A DNA stretch of 64,000 nucleotides, from the NCBI GenBank assembly GCA_963744145.1, contig CAVUSO010000001.1, positions 5,408,001-5,472,000 of the forward strand, given 5' to 3'. The notes beneath the pieces are model-generated. The model worked only from the letters and a program-made list of their open reading frames with translations. It was not told the DNA's origin and did no database searches. The stretch comes from an uncultured cyanobacterium. Lineage in GTDB: Bacteria > Cyanobacteriota > Cyanobacteriia > Cyanobacteriales > CAWUOF01. Below, one piece after another: positions 50,672 to 61,026 of the stretch. How positions within the stretch are numbered: position 1 is the first letter of the stretch; the number at the start of each line of letters is the position of its first letter. Both the position numbers and the translations under genes were made by a program.

Positions 50672-50850
50672 TGTTATAATGGTGATTGTTGACTAGCGCA
50701 AAGTAGTCGATGACGCACCGTTAAGTCTGTTGATGACGATCACGGAGGCTTAAATAAAACCAGCCGCGTCAATCACAGCCCCCATTAGTGTTGTGATCAA
50801 TGTCGCTCAAAAATATTCAGGGCGACAGTCCCCTTCGTTAGGAGGTTTAA
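50672..50850 (+). promoter_or_regulatory. Extended -10 promoter and structured ~165-nt 5' leader
   Basis: TGtTATAAT at 50672-50680, four consecutive helices and AGGAGG before the ATG at 50851. Confidence 0.5.
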
Positions 50851-51612
50851 ATGGTGTCAGCTTGGTTTGGTAGCACTCCGTTTCCGGAACAAAGTGGCGA
50901 TCGGGTTGTCAGTAAAGTAGCCGCAACCGCGATCGCTGCACTGTTTAAGCGCTCTGAAAAGATTGAGACAAATGTCCGAGTTGAACCTGTAGCCAAACTA
51001 TTACAAGGTAGTTTGGATAGTTTCGAGTTTATCGGCAAAGGGATGTTAATGTACAATGGCTTGCGGATTGAAGCGATGGAACTTTATCTGCAAGCAATCT
51101 CAATTGATTTTAGTGCGATTTTTACTGGACAAGTAAAGTTACGGCAGCCAACTCAGGCAACGATGAGAGTATTATTAAGCGAATCAGATTTAACGACTTC
51201 GTTTAATACTCCTTTTGTAGTGGAAAAACTGCAACGATTAGAGTATCAAGGACAGTCCCTGCATTTTCACAATACACAGATGAGTTTAGGGAGTGACAAA
51301 TCCCTCCGCTTGAAGTCTGAAATTACGATTGGTAATGCTTCTGAAACCGTCGAGATTGATATTATGGCTAAATTGCAAGTAGAAGAACGACGGAAAATTC
51401 AATTTGTAGAGGTTGAATATCACGGTACAGAACAAGCGTTAGCTTTAGGTAAGGCTTTAATTGATCATGTGAATGAACTCCTCGATTTAGATAAATTTGC
51501 CCTGGAAAATGCTCAGTTACGGATAGATCGACTCAGAATTCAAGATGGTGCGCTAGTTTTTTATGGTTCTGCCCAAATTAATCAGTTTCCGACTAAAAAG
51601 GCTGTGGCATGA
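50851..51612 (+). CDS. DUF2993 (LmeA-like) protein
   Basis: KLLQGSLD...GQVKLRQP...LSESDLTTSFN pattern. Confidence 0.75.
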   Translation: MVSAWFGSTPFPEQSGDRVVSKVAATAIAALFKRSEKIETNVRVEPVAKLLQGSLDSFEFIGKGMLMYNGLRIEAMELYLQAISIDFSAIFTGQVKLRQPTQATMRVLLSESDLTTSFNTPFVVEKLQRLEYQGQSLHFHNTQMSLGSDKSLRLKSEITIGNASETVEIDIMAKLQVEERRKIQFVEVEYHGTEQALALGKALIDHVNELLDLDKFALENAQLRIDRLRIQDGALVFYGSAQINQFPTKKAVA

Positions 51613-51704
51613 TTAATCGATGATAATATTTGAGCATTAATGTTGATACTCATGGGAGAGTTGGCTGTAAATCCAAGGGTTTTTCAGAAAGCACAAGCGA
51701 TCGG

Positions 51705-51732
51705 ATAGGGGCGTATGGCCATACGCCCCTAT
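51705..51732. repeat. REP hairpin ATAGGGGCGTATGGCCATACGCCCCTAT
   Basis: Perfect palindrome. Confidence 0.8.
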
Positions 51733-51739
51733 GGCCAGA

Positions 51740-51950
51740 GGAAATTGATGAGAAAAGAAATGAAGTTCAAAAATTTTTGCATTATTTAGAAACTCATAGA
51801 AACCGAATAATTAACTACCAATACGATCAAGAAGAAAGCCCTAAGTTCTATTGTTTCAGGAGCAGTTGAATCAGTAATTAAACAAATTGGGATACGAGTT
51901 CAACTATCAGGAGCGTAGTGGAATATTGAGAATGTTCCTGGTATCCTTGG
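51740..51950 (+). mobile_element. ISKra4-like transposase C-terminal remnant
   Basis: FLHYLETHRNRIINYQY, then a frameshifted SGAVESVIKQIGIRVQLSGA*WNIENVP. Confidence 0.7.
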
Positions 51951-52004
51951 CCATGGAGAGGAACAGACTGTCTTCCATTATTGAACAGGATTTTGAGTAA
52001 TTAA

Positions 52005-53363
52005 ATGAATCTAACCTTGAGAAACCGATATAACTTTATCCCTAACTTTTATCGATTGGTTGTGATCAACATTCTTTCCTCTATTGTCGTCCCCTTAGCG
52101 GGTTTAATGAGTACGGCTTTCTTGGGACATTTGCCAGAAATTGATCATTTAGCGGGGGTTGCCTTAGCCGCAGTGCTATTTAACTACATTTACTTCAGTT
52201 TTGGCGTTTTACGCATAGGAACGATTGGGATCACTGCCCAAGCGGTTGGTAGTGATGACCGAGAAACAATGCTGTTGATCGGATTGCGTAATAGCTTAAT
52301 TGCTTTTGGATTGGCTGTATTAATTCTAATATTGCAGGAGCCGATCCGAGAACTTTGGTTTGCCTTAGCTAATGCCACTCTCTTAGTCAAAGCTTCAGGA
52401 ATTACCTATTTTAATAGTCGAATTTGGGGGGCACCTGCTGTTTTAGTCAATTATGTTCTGATGGGTTGGTTTCTAGGTCAGAAGATGAGCGGTAAGGTGT
52501 TGCTGATGAGCGTAGTAGGTAATGGGGCTAATATGGTACTGAACTATCTTTTCATTATTCGCTGGGACTTGGCTAGCACAGGGGCGGGTATTTCTCAAGG
52601 GGTGAGTCAGTATTTAATGTTATTGGTGGGGCTAATATGGATCAGCCGGGAGGTTTCCTTACAAGAGATAGGGGCAGTTTTGCCCAAGTTTTGGGAATGG
52701 TCGGCTTTTCGGGATACATTAACCCTTAACGGTAATATTTTCCTCAAAACTTTCGTGCATATGTCCATGTTTGCGGTCTTAATCAATTTAAGTACCCTGA
52801 TGGGAACAGAAACCCTAGCGGTCAATTCTTTACTGATCGAGGTGATGGAACTAATTATCTTCTTTTTAGAGGGAATATCATTAGCTACCCAAACCCTGAC
52901 GGGCAATTTTCGCGGTCAAAACGCCACTGAGCAAGTTATACCTTTATTGCAGGTAGCTATAGCCAGTACCCTTGGGTTAGGACTCACAATTTCAGGGATT
53001 TTTGCTCTGTTTCCGCAAACTTTGTTTGGACTATTTACCAATCACGGGGACATCATACAGCAAACGGGAATCTATGTTCCTTGGTTACTGTTGATTCTGG
53101 GATTTGTGGCTATTACGATGATTCTTGATGGCTACTTTGCGGCGTTAGCCAGGGGAGAAGTCCTCCGTAATACTTCTTTAATCGCCGTTTTGTTAGGATT
53201 TGTGCCTCTAGCTTTTTGGGCGTCGTCTTCTCACAGTAATCATATCCTCTGGTTGGCATTATCAACATTTTATCTGATCAAAATGATCGCGATCGCTATT
53301 GAAATGTTATGGACATTGACTCAGGAAAAGCAAAAGATTCAAACACCAATTGAGGTCATTTAA
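52005..53363 (+). CDS. MATE family efflux transporter (DinF/GntT-like)
   Basis: NILSSIVVPLAGL..TAFLGHL, about 12 TM segments and LDGYF. Confidence 0.88.
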   Translation: MNLTLRNRYNFIPNFYRLVVINILSSIVVPLAGLMSTAFLGHLPEIDHLAGVALAAVLFNYIYFSFGVLRIGTIGITAQAVGSDDRETMLLIGLRNSLIAFGLAVLILILQEPIRELWFALANATLLVKASGITYFNSRIWGAPAVLVNYVLMGWFLGQKMSGKVLLMSVVGNGANMVLNYLFIIRWDLASTGAGISQGVSQYLMLLVGLIWISREVSLQEIGAVLPKFWEWSAFRDTLTLNGNIFLKTFVHMSMFAVLINLSTLMGTETLAVNSLLIEVMELIIFFLEGISLATQTLTGNFRGQNATEQVIPLLQVAIASTLGLGLTISGIFALFPQTLFGLFTNHGDIIQQTGIYVPWLLLILGFVAITMILDGYFAALARGEVLRNTSLIAVLLGFVPLAFWASSSHSNHILWLALSTFYLIKMIAIAIEMLWTLTQEKQKIQTPIEVI

Positions 53364-53522
53364 TTTATTGCCAAAAAGGCTATTTTGAGTGAAGTTGAAT
53401 ATTAATAGTATAAAGATAATAACGTAATAATGCCAATTGTTTGGCTGAAAAATCCGGCGTTGCTGAATTAGGGGATGATAGGATAGAATGTGAATAATAA
53501 AAAAAAGAACGCTTATCAACAC

Positions 53523-53646
53523 TAGACCTCTTGCAAAAATAAATAGGACAGGCAAGATGCCTGTCCCACAAAAGTGATTTTTTCTGGTGGGACAGGCATC
53601 TTGCCTGTCAATAAATAGATCAATAAGGACTTTTGCAAGAGGTCTA
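53523..53646. mobile_element. MITE with 16-bp TIRs TAGACCTCTTGCAAAA
   Basis: Perfect inverted ends enclosing an inverted pair of GACAGGCAAGATGCCTGTC palindromes. Confidence 0.85.
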
Positions 53647-53956
53647 ATGTATTTACTAGACCAGTTGGGTCTGTGTTGCTAGAGTTCAGTTCATCCAAAA
53701 AATCAGAGAACTTGGACTTCACAAACTGGGTTTTGTCTAATTCACGATTGCCATAGACCAAGGTGACCGATCGCTCACCACCTAGATCGGATAAATACTT
53801 GAAAGTCCAGCGGTCCAGTGCTGTCCACTGGTTTGCTACACCACGTAGCACAAGTGGTAATGTATCACCTATAACATCAGGACGAAAAACCTGAAGCTCC
53901 GCAACCCTAAGCATTACCTCTGTATCTATACCTAAAATATGGTCAAAACGTTGCAT
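53647..53956 (-). pseudogene. N-terminal fragment of a JmjC/cupin-8 2OG oxygenase
   Basis: PLVLRGVANQWTALDRWTFKYL...V.V pattern; the ORF runs into the MITE and lacks the HxD metal site. Confidence 0.65.
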
Positions 53957-54078
53957 AAACCCTACTTTCTAGCCCCAGCAAAGACAACAGCCTTTTCCAG
54001 AGCAGATGGTCTCTTGACTAACCCTATGCTATCTTATAAAATCCGAGCGATAAAATTTTCACTGTATCAGTACAAATT

Positions 54079-54729
54079 ATGATTTTGCAGCAATTATCCT
54101 TAAATTTTCTATTTGTATTCCTTAACGGGTTTACCATATGTGCTGGACTAATTGTTGCTATTGGTGCTCAAAATGCTTACGTTTTGCGTCAAGGTCTCAA
54201 GCGCGAACATGTTTTCGTGACGGCAAGCATCTGCTTCCTATGTGACGTGATTCTAATTACCATTGGTACTATCGGGTTCGGTACGGTAACCTCGAAGATT
54301 CCAGAACTAAGTGAGATAGCTGTATGGGCTGGCGTGATATTTCTTTCATTTTATGACGTCTATCTTTCATTTAAATCCGCTTTTGCCCCAGCAGCTATAG
54401 ATATAAATGAAGTGGATATTCAATCAACAAGTCTTTGGAGTAATGTTCTGACGGCGCTGGCACTTAGCCTCCTAAACCCACACGTTTACCTTGATACTGT
54501 GGTAATATTTGGTGGTTTGGTAGCTCAATACACCCTGAGTGAACGATTTTTTTTCGCACTTGGTGCAAGTCTTGCTTCCCTGATCTGGTTTTTCGGACTT
54601 GCATATGGCGCTGCTTGGCTAACGCCATTTTTCCAACGTCCATCTGCATGGCGAATTCTTGACATTATTATTGGCTGCATTATGTGGTTTATAGCTGCAT
54701 TACTAATTTTTCCTAGCATTGCACAGTAA
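54079..54729 (+). CDS. LysE/ArgO family amino-acid exporter
   Basis: AIGAQNAYVLRQGL and LLNPHVYLDT. Confidence 0.92.
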   Translation: MILQQLSLNFLFVFLNGFTICAGLIVAIGAQNAYVLRQGLKREHVFVTASICFLCDVILITIGTIGFGTVTSKIPELSEIAVWAGVIFLSFYDVYLSFKSAFAPAAIDINEVDIQSTSLWSNVLTALALSLLNPHVYLDTVVIFGGLVAQYTLSERFFFALGASLASLIWFFGLAYGAAWLTPFFQRPSAWRILDIIIGCIMWFIAALLIFPSIAQ

Positions 54730-55717
54730 AAGTATGAATTAGTCAAATAGTAGGTAGAGTCTGATATTTCAAGTAGTAAACAACCAGCCGGACAGATCAG
54801 GTCAGCATTTCGAGAGATTTAGAATCGCAAAATTTTATGTTAGAGTTATTCTCCACTTCTTGTCAAAGATATTATCAATAATTTCCTCGTTTTCTGAGCA
54901 AAATCGCTGAGATAATGAAGCACTTCATTAGGGGGGAAATAAATTTTCTTCCTTGACTTTTTGATGTCTATATTCACTAATTTTTCATCAAAAAAATACC
55001 TTGATTGACTTTTTTTACTTGCTCTTTCAGATTTTTTTAATAATTCTCCTTTTGATCTTTGTATTCCTGTGTGTTACATAATGAAGGATCAATCCGACCA
55101 GCTAGCAATGCCAAAAGCAACTTTTGATAAGGCAATATCTGTCACTTTAATCAGCATAAATACTTATGATTTCTAGGATGATTTCCGACCAATTAGTGCT
55201 GTGGTGAGTGCAAAGTTTCGGTCATTCATGAGTATAAATGCTCAGATTTATATGTTACAAAGTATATTACAAATTGACGTGCGGAATGTGGGTTTGAAAT
55301 ATTCGCTAGGCTTCATGGTTAAAGAAGTAGAGGCGATCGCGCCTAGCTTAACATGAATGCGATCGGAATAACAGAGAACTGATGTAAATATTTATTTAAG
55401 AATCGTTAAAAAATGGGGACACCTCAATCAAGGAGTAGGCAATTCAATAAATAAAAATACCCCTTGTTTTTTGTAATATAATTTCCCAAAAGAACTCCCA
55501 TTCTTACTCTCCAAAACTATCACATTATGGTTCTCTTCAATCGGATATATAAAAGATACTAATAGATAGTCTTTTTTAATAGTCTTTTCTTTTGAGAAAA
55601 ATTCAAACCCAACTTATGATCCAATTTGGTGTATATTGGGAAAAGCTTTTTGTTAGACAGACAAAGCAGGGTGGATTTGCAAAGAAATGTAAAGCAATTT
55701 TAGGGAAAGCAAAAATC

Positions 55718-56704
55718 ATGCACAATCAAGAGCAGGTTAATGAACAAAATTTCCGTCCAATTTATACTGGTAAGCGGAAGTTTCTAGGATTAAAAGATTT
55801 AGTCATTTCTTTCTATGCCAGAAAGTGCCCATTTCAATGCTCTTTTTGTATTTTACCGATGAAATCTCATGACGGATTAGTATCCAATGATAGTCTGAAA
55901 AAGCAAATTGATTTAGTGTGGGCAGAATATGAAAAAGAATTAACCAGTTTTCAGCAACTTTCAGTAGGAGTAGAAGGCTCTATTCTAGATCAGGAAAGGT
56001 TTCCCAAGGAAGTCATGAACTATTTACTAGAGCAAAGTAAGGCACTTTCTTCTTTAAAAGTTTTATCCTTAGAAACCCGTCCCGAATATATTTTTCCAGC
56101 AACTCTTGAAAATATTTTGAATTTAACCCAGGCAGAGATTGTCGATTTAACTATTGGTTTTGAAACTCAAGAGGATTATTTAAGAGAAGTTATTTTAACC
56201 AAAAGTATTAACCGGAAAATTTTTGAAAAAAAGATCAAAATTCTCGGTGAAATGGGAGTAAGAATGACCAGCTATGTCCTGTTGAAACCCGGCCCTACCA
56301 TGACCGAAGAAGAAGGAATTCAAGAGGCGATCGCCACCATCGAATATTTAGCAGAAATCTGTCAAAAATTTGGAACGGATTTAGTCATTTATCTCAACCC
56401 AGTTTATGTGGCCGAAGGTTCACCTTTAGCCCAAGCCTTTGCCTTTTCTAATTACATACCCGTCCGAATCCAAAGCGTCCTTGAGGTGATTTTAGCTACC
56501 CGATATTTAGAAGTACCTATTTATACCGGACTTTGGTCTGAAAACAACACCAATCGCTATGGGGATTACACCATTCATTCAGATTACGAACCCGCTATTC
56601 GTAATGCTATTAAAAAATTCAATCAAACTCAAGACATTTCTTGGCTTAATCCCTTTACCTCCAGCAAATGGGCAGGTAAGAAATACCAATTACAATTAAC
56701 TTAA
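55718..56704 (+). CDS. Radical SAM protein, TIGR01210/RaSEA-like
   Basis: CPFQCSFC, GSILD, LETRPE, IGFET, YVLLKP and LNP.YV. Probable ATG at 55718. Confidence 0.7.
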   Translation: MHNQEQVNEQNFRPIYTGKRKFLGLKDLVISFYARKCPFQCSFCILPMKSHDGLVSNDSLKKQIDLVWAEYEKELTSFQQLSVGVEGSILDQERFPKEVMNYLLEQSKALSSLKVLSLETRPEYIFPATLENILNLTQAEIVDLTIGFETQEDYLREVILTKSINRKIFEKKIKILGEMGVRMTSYVLLKPGPTMTEEEGIQEAIATIEYLAEICQKFGTDLVIYLNPVYVAEGSPLAQAFAFSNYIPVRIQSVLEVILATRYLEVPIYTGLWSENNTNRYGDYTIHSDYEPAIRNAIKKFNQTQDISWLNPFTSSKWAGKKYQLQLT

Positions 56705-56730
56705 GGCTGACAGAATTTAGGCAAGCAAAG

Positions 56731-57471
56731 GTGTTAGATAATTTTGATTGGGTTAAGATTCCATCCGGAGTGTTTTGGATGGGAACCGACTTAAAAATCG
56801 ACCAAGTAGCGGCTAATTTTGATTGGGCGAAGCAAGTGGAGCAACCCCAACACCAAATCTTTTTACCCACCTATAAGATTAGCCGTTATCCAGTCACTAA
56901 CGCACAATGGGGGCAATTTTTAGCTCACACTGATTATAATTGGGCAGATCAGGATAAACTCTGGAAAGATGGCCTACCCAAAGGACTAGAAAACCATCCC
57001 ATTGTCTGGGTAACATGGTATGATGCCCTGGCTTTTTGCCAATGGACAGGTGTTCGTTTACCGACGGAAGCTGAATGGGAAAAAGCCGCCCGTGGAACCG
57101 ATAAACGCCTTTATCCTTGGGGTAATGATCAACCCACTGCCCAATTAGCTAATTATGACAATCAGGTAGGTCAAACCACCCCCGTCGATGCCTATCCCCA
57201 AGGAACCAGTTATTATGGAGTATGGGATATGGCAGGTAATACTTGGGAATGGACGAGTACAATTTGGGGAACCGATGCCCATAATCCTGAATTTAGCTAT
57301 CCTTATCAAAGTGAGGATGGGCGAGAAACCCTAGATCAACCCGATATTTTGCGAGTTGTGAGAAGCGGTGGTTGGAAATACAGCCCTAATTTAATTCGTA
57401 GTGCTTACCGTGATTGGAATAAGCCTCATCTGAGAGGAAGCGGACTGAGTTTTCGTGTTGTTGCATTCTAA
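56731..57471 (+). CDS. FGE-sulfatase (SUMF1/EgtB/PvdO fold) protein
   Basis: FWMG, PVTN, RLPTEAEWEKAARG, DMAGNTWEW, FRV. Confidence 0.9.
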   Translation: MLDNFDWVKIPSGVFWMGTDLKIDQVAANFDWAKQVEQPQHQIFLPTYKISRYPVTNAQWGQFLAHTDYNWADQDKLWKDGLPKGLENHPIVWVTWYDALAFCQWTGVRLPTEAEWEKAARGTDKRLYPWGNDQPTAQLANYDNQVGQTTPVDAYPQGTSYYGVWDMAGNTWEWTSTIWGTDAHNPEFSYPYQSEDGRETLDQPDILRVVRSGGWKYSPNLIRSAYRDWNKPHLRGSGLSFRVVAF

Positions 57472-57480
57472 ACAAAGCCT

Positions 57481-58053
57481 ATGAGTACCACAGTCACCTT
57501 AGAGTTACCTGATCCAATTACCGATGATTATCTACAAACCCACGCTAACATAGATAACCTTAAAGATCAGTATGACAAAGCTTATCAATATATGCGCCGC
57601 TCAGTAAAACCAGGAGGTTTTTTAGTCCATGAGAAATTGGTGCTAAAACTTTATTATATGTTGAGAGAAACCGAGCCTTTACCCCAAAATCTGCAAGATA
57701 ATTTGCAGACTATTCTCCTCAATGAAATTAATCAAGGGCGTGTAGATCCAAAACAAGGGGTAGGTTTTGCTATTTTGTCCCAAGGATTTTTAAGTATTAA
57801 TATTTGGGGACGGGGTAACGTCTTATTCACTCAAACTTATACGATTGAAGATAGTTTTCCGGAATTGTCGCCGCAACCCCTAGAAAAAACTGGGGTAGCT
57901 TGCACATGGGAAATTAAGATCATGAATCATGAATATAGTTTATGGCATCATTATCTTGAAACTGAGATGAACATTGCTAATAAAAAGGCTTATTTGGCAA
58001 GTTTCATTACAGGGGATTTATTTGAGAAAATTGGGGATATACTGTGCAGATAG
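57481..58053 (+). CDS. Hypothetical protein in the radical SAM operon
   Basis: 190-aa ORF 9 nt after the previous stop; ACTWEIKIMNHE...W motif. Confidence 0.7.
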   Translation: MSTTVTLELPDPITDDYLQTHANIDNLKDQYDKAYQYMRRSVKPGGFLVHEKLVLKLYYMLRETEPLPQNLQDNLQTILLNEINQGRVDPKQGVGFAILSQGFLSINIWGRGNVLFTQTYTIEDSFPELSPQPLEKTGVACTWEIKIMNHEYSLWHHYLETEMNIANKKAYLASFITGDLFEKIGDILCR

Positions 58054-58198
58054 ATCGAGTTTTCAGGCTGATTATGTGATAGTAACTCTGCCTTTTTCAC
58101 TCAAGAGCTAATTGATCGCTCAGAAAACTTGCTGAATCAACTTCCTATAATTTCAATCGAGCAAAATGCCGCTAATCAATTTGATCGCCTTTTGATGT

Positions 58199-59317
58199 TT
58201 AATAATCAATCATCCGGAAATCAAATGCTATATGTTGTCCTCCCAGGGAACGGGTCACAATCTCTTCACAAATTTTTAGTCCGTTAGCGCTATTAGTTAA
58301 AATCACAATCCCACTTCTATGTTGTTTCGATCCGAAGGTAATACATTTAAAAATTCCACTATCTCCCCAGTGCCAAAAAAAATCTCCATTTGGGGTATGT
58401 TCTACTCCCCATCCCAGTCCCCATCCCAGATGCTGACTAATTTTAATATTTTCATGCACCATCAGGTTTAAACTTTTTTCTTCTAACTCAAAAGGATCAT
58501 TAGGTCTAGACTCCATCATCGCGATCAAAAATTTGGCAAAGTCGATCACAGTAGTACGCAAACTACCAGCAGAAACTGCTTGACGCGGTCTCGATAAAGG
58601 TTGCGGATTCCCATCCCGATCGTGTCCTTTAGCAGCAGAAAATTCGTAGGCTTTTTGCCAAATATAGCTACTATTTGTCATCCTCAAGGGAGTAAAGACA
58701 TTGTGAGTCATGTAATCATTTAATAGCTGTTGAGTAATCCCCTCTACTACACTCTGTAAATAAATATAGCCTTCACTAGAATAACTAAATTTGCTCCCAG
58801 GAGGAAAATCGATCGATAGAGGATCATCCCCACTCCAGTTCGGAAATCCACAGGTATGACTTAAGATCATCCTGGTGGTAATTAGGTTAATTCTGGGATC
58901 ACTAATATAAGGTTTTTTGGTATATTCTGTTAAAGGTGTATCCAGCTCTAATTTTCCCTGTTCACACATTTTCATTACTGCATAAGCAAAGATTGGTTTG
59001 CTTAAAGAAGCGGCAGAAAATACGGTATGAGTATGAACAGGATCTTTACTATCATTATCCTTCACCCCAAAACCTTGGCTCCAGACAACTTCCGCATTTT
59101 TAATCAAAGCGATCGCGATTCCGGGAATAACCGCTTGTTCCATCATCCCTGGAATGTCTTTTTCTAAAGCTGCGATCGCTGGAGAAATAGCGCCATTATT
59201 TACCTGAGATCGAGCCGATTTTTGACCCAATTCTCCTAAACTCACACCAGCAAAACTGAGAGCTGTAGCACTACCATATTTAATAAATTGTCGCCGAGAA
59301 AACAAATAGTGATTCAT
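58199..59317 (-). CDS. Tat-exported serine hydrolase (class C beta-lactamase/PBP family)
   Basis: SRRQF signal, SLSK (SxxK), YSS, HWG. Confidence 0.9.
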   Translation of the reverse strand: MNHYLFSRRQFIKYGSATALSFAGVSLGELGQKSARSQVNNGAISPAIAALEKDIPGMMEQAVIPGIAIALIKNAEVVWSQGFGVKDNDSKDPVHTHTVFSAASLSKPIFAYAVMKMCEQGKLELDTPLTEYTKKPYISDPRINLITTRMILSHTCGFPNWSGDDPLSIDFPPGSKFSYSSEGYIYLQSVVEGITQQLLNDYMTHNVFTPLRMTNSSYIWQKAYEFSAAKGHDRDGNPQPLSRPRQAVSAGSLRTTVIDFAKFLIAMMESRPNDPFELEEKSLNLMVHENIKISQHLGWGLGWGVEHTPNGDFFWHWGDSGIFKCITFGSKQHRSGIVILTNSANGLKICEEIVTRSLGGQHIAFDFRMIDY

Positions 59318-59397
59318 TTTTAGCCCTAATTGCTGCTACTATTTTTTTCAGGTAAACCCAGCCAGATTCAGGAAATTTCTCTTGCCCAAATTTCACC

Positions 59398-60744
59398 TCA
59401 AATACTATCAGTAATACTACTAAAATTAAACTTTTGCACTCGTACTCCTGGCACCACACTATTACCAAAGCGATCGCTTTGACTTAACGCATCAATATCA
59501 TGTAAAAGCTCTGGTAAACTTTGATTAAAACGAAAATTTTTAATCGGGTAGGCGATGGCACCATCAGCAATCCAGAAAGTGCCATCCCGAGTCATACCTG
59601 TGACTTCCAAAGTGCGTGGATTAACATAATGCACATACCAAACCCGACTGACTAAAATTCCTCGTTCTGTAGTCCGAATCAAATCAGTCAGATTTTGATC
59701 AGAACCTAGCATCACCATGGGATAGAGCGGACCAGTGGGCTGTCGGTCTTGGTGTTGAGCCCAATAACGACTATAAGATAGAGTTTGGGGAACGCCATCT
59801 TTAATAATATCTAAATAATTATTTTTCCATCCATCATTAAAAAAAGTGTACCCTTGTAGCAAGGGATGAGCCGGATCGCGCTGTACCTGTACTAAAGGGC
59901 TAAAAATTGCCTCACCGATCCGATTACCCTTTGGTTGATCAAATTCATCGAAACTAGACATAAAGGATGTACCTTCGTCAGCACTACGTGCATCTAAGTT
60001 CCAGATGACCCAGCTCAGTAAATCTGCAAAAGCTGCACCAGTAAAAATCACCGGATAGATCCCAGGACTAATCTCACGCGGATGACGGGATAATAAAGCA
60101 GTTTGAATTACTTCCTCAGTTAAAGATGCGATCGGTAATTGACACAGAGCATAAGCACTCCGACTCCCCCAAGATGATCCATCCTCAATCCGAGCTGTAA
60201 AACTAAATTCAGCGTTAGTTTTTTGATTACAAGCTAACAATCCTTGAGAATTACCAATAGCTAGGAGTGACCGAGCTGTACTCAAAGTACCCGATCCACT
60301 CACTCCAGCTTGGGTACTCATTTTACACACCCCCTGGACAATTTCTCCTCGCTCTACAGGATGAAGTTGAGCAGTCGGAACATCAAAAGCTGGGGTCCGC
60401 TCATCGTAAACTTGAGGTGCTAATAGGGGGACCCATTCTGGATCTTCAGGAGCAATTTGGGCTAATGCTTCTGAACGTTTAATTGTTTGAGCGATCGCTT
60501 GTGGATCGGTTTCTGTGGTTGCTGCCGTAGCACTACGGTTGCCAAAATAACTGGTAATGTTAAGATTAAACTGAGTTTTACTAACATTCTGGCTAATTTG
60601 ATTTTCCGAATAACGACTGAGGGATTCTTCCCCAGTGCTTAGAGTCACAAAAACTCCTTCAGCTTGAGATTGTTTGATGACTGTTTCAACTAGAGATAAG
60701 GCTTGCTCGTCGCTTTGTAAAATAGTTGCTGTAGCTAGACTCAT
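59398..60744 (-). CDS. TldE/PmbA family protein
   Basis: TGMTRDGTFWI...PIKNFRFNQS. Confidence 0.88.
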   Translation of the reverse strand: MSLATATILQSDEQALSLVETVIKQSQAEGVFVTLSTGEESLSRYSENQISQNVSKTQFNLNITSYFGNRSATAATTETDPQAIAQTIKRSEALAQIAPEDPEWVPLLAPQVYDERTPAFDVPTAQLHPVERGEIVQGVCKMSTQAGVSGSGTLSTARSLLAIGNSQGLLACNQKTNAEFSFTARIEDGSSWGSRSAYALCQLPIASLTEEVIQTALLSRHPREISPGIYPVIFTGAAFADLLSWVIWNLDARSADEGTSFMSSFDEFDQPKGNRIGEAIFSPLVQVQRDPAHPLLQGYTFFNDGWKNNYLDIIKDGVPQTLSYSRYWAQHQDRQPTGPLYPMVMLGSDQNLTDLIRTTERGILVSRVWYVHYVNPRTLEVTGMTRDGTFWIADGAIAYPIKNFRFNQSLPELLHDIDALSQSDRFGNSVVPGVRVQKFNFSSITDSI

Positions 60745-61026
60745 TAGAATTTGGTATTTCCCAAGAGGAGAATTGATGTTGGCCGGGTTGATTGCCCCTA
60801 TGAAATTTTAACTTGATCAAAGCTTAATTTAAAGTTATTTCTCCGAAATTTTTTAAATTTAGAAGCCAAAATTGATTTGGGATGTATAACTTAAAGAAGA
60901 GAACAAAATATCTGCTTAGTGGTTCTCTACTAACTGGCCAATCTGATTAAAGCAGTGGTGCCTAGTTTAGCTCAAGATCCCAGGTGATTTTTTACAGTGG
61001 TTGTGGTTAAAAAAGGAGTTGACAGG

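Noticed and set aside
52005..53363. Guanitoxin gene cluster, suggested by the GntT-like MATE
   Set aside because: None of the other gnt enzymes (PLP enzymes, kinase, methyltransferases) are nearby, and this MATE type is widespread.
54730..55717. About 1-kb AT-rich gap before the radical SAM gene, as a possible RiPP precursor or ncRNA site
   Set aside because: I found no convincing small ORF with an RBS and no extended pairing, only a weak palindrome (TGAGTATAAATGCTCA).
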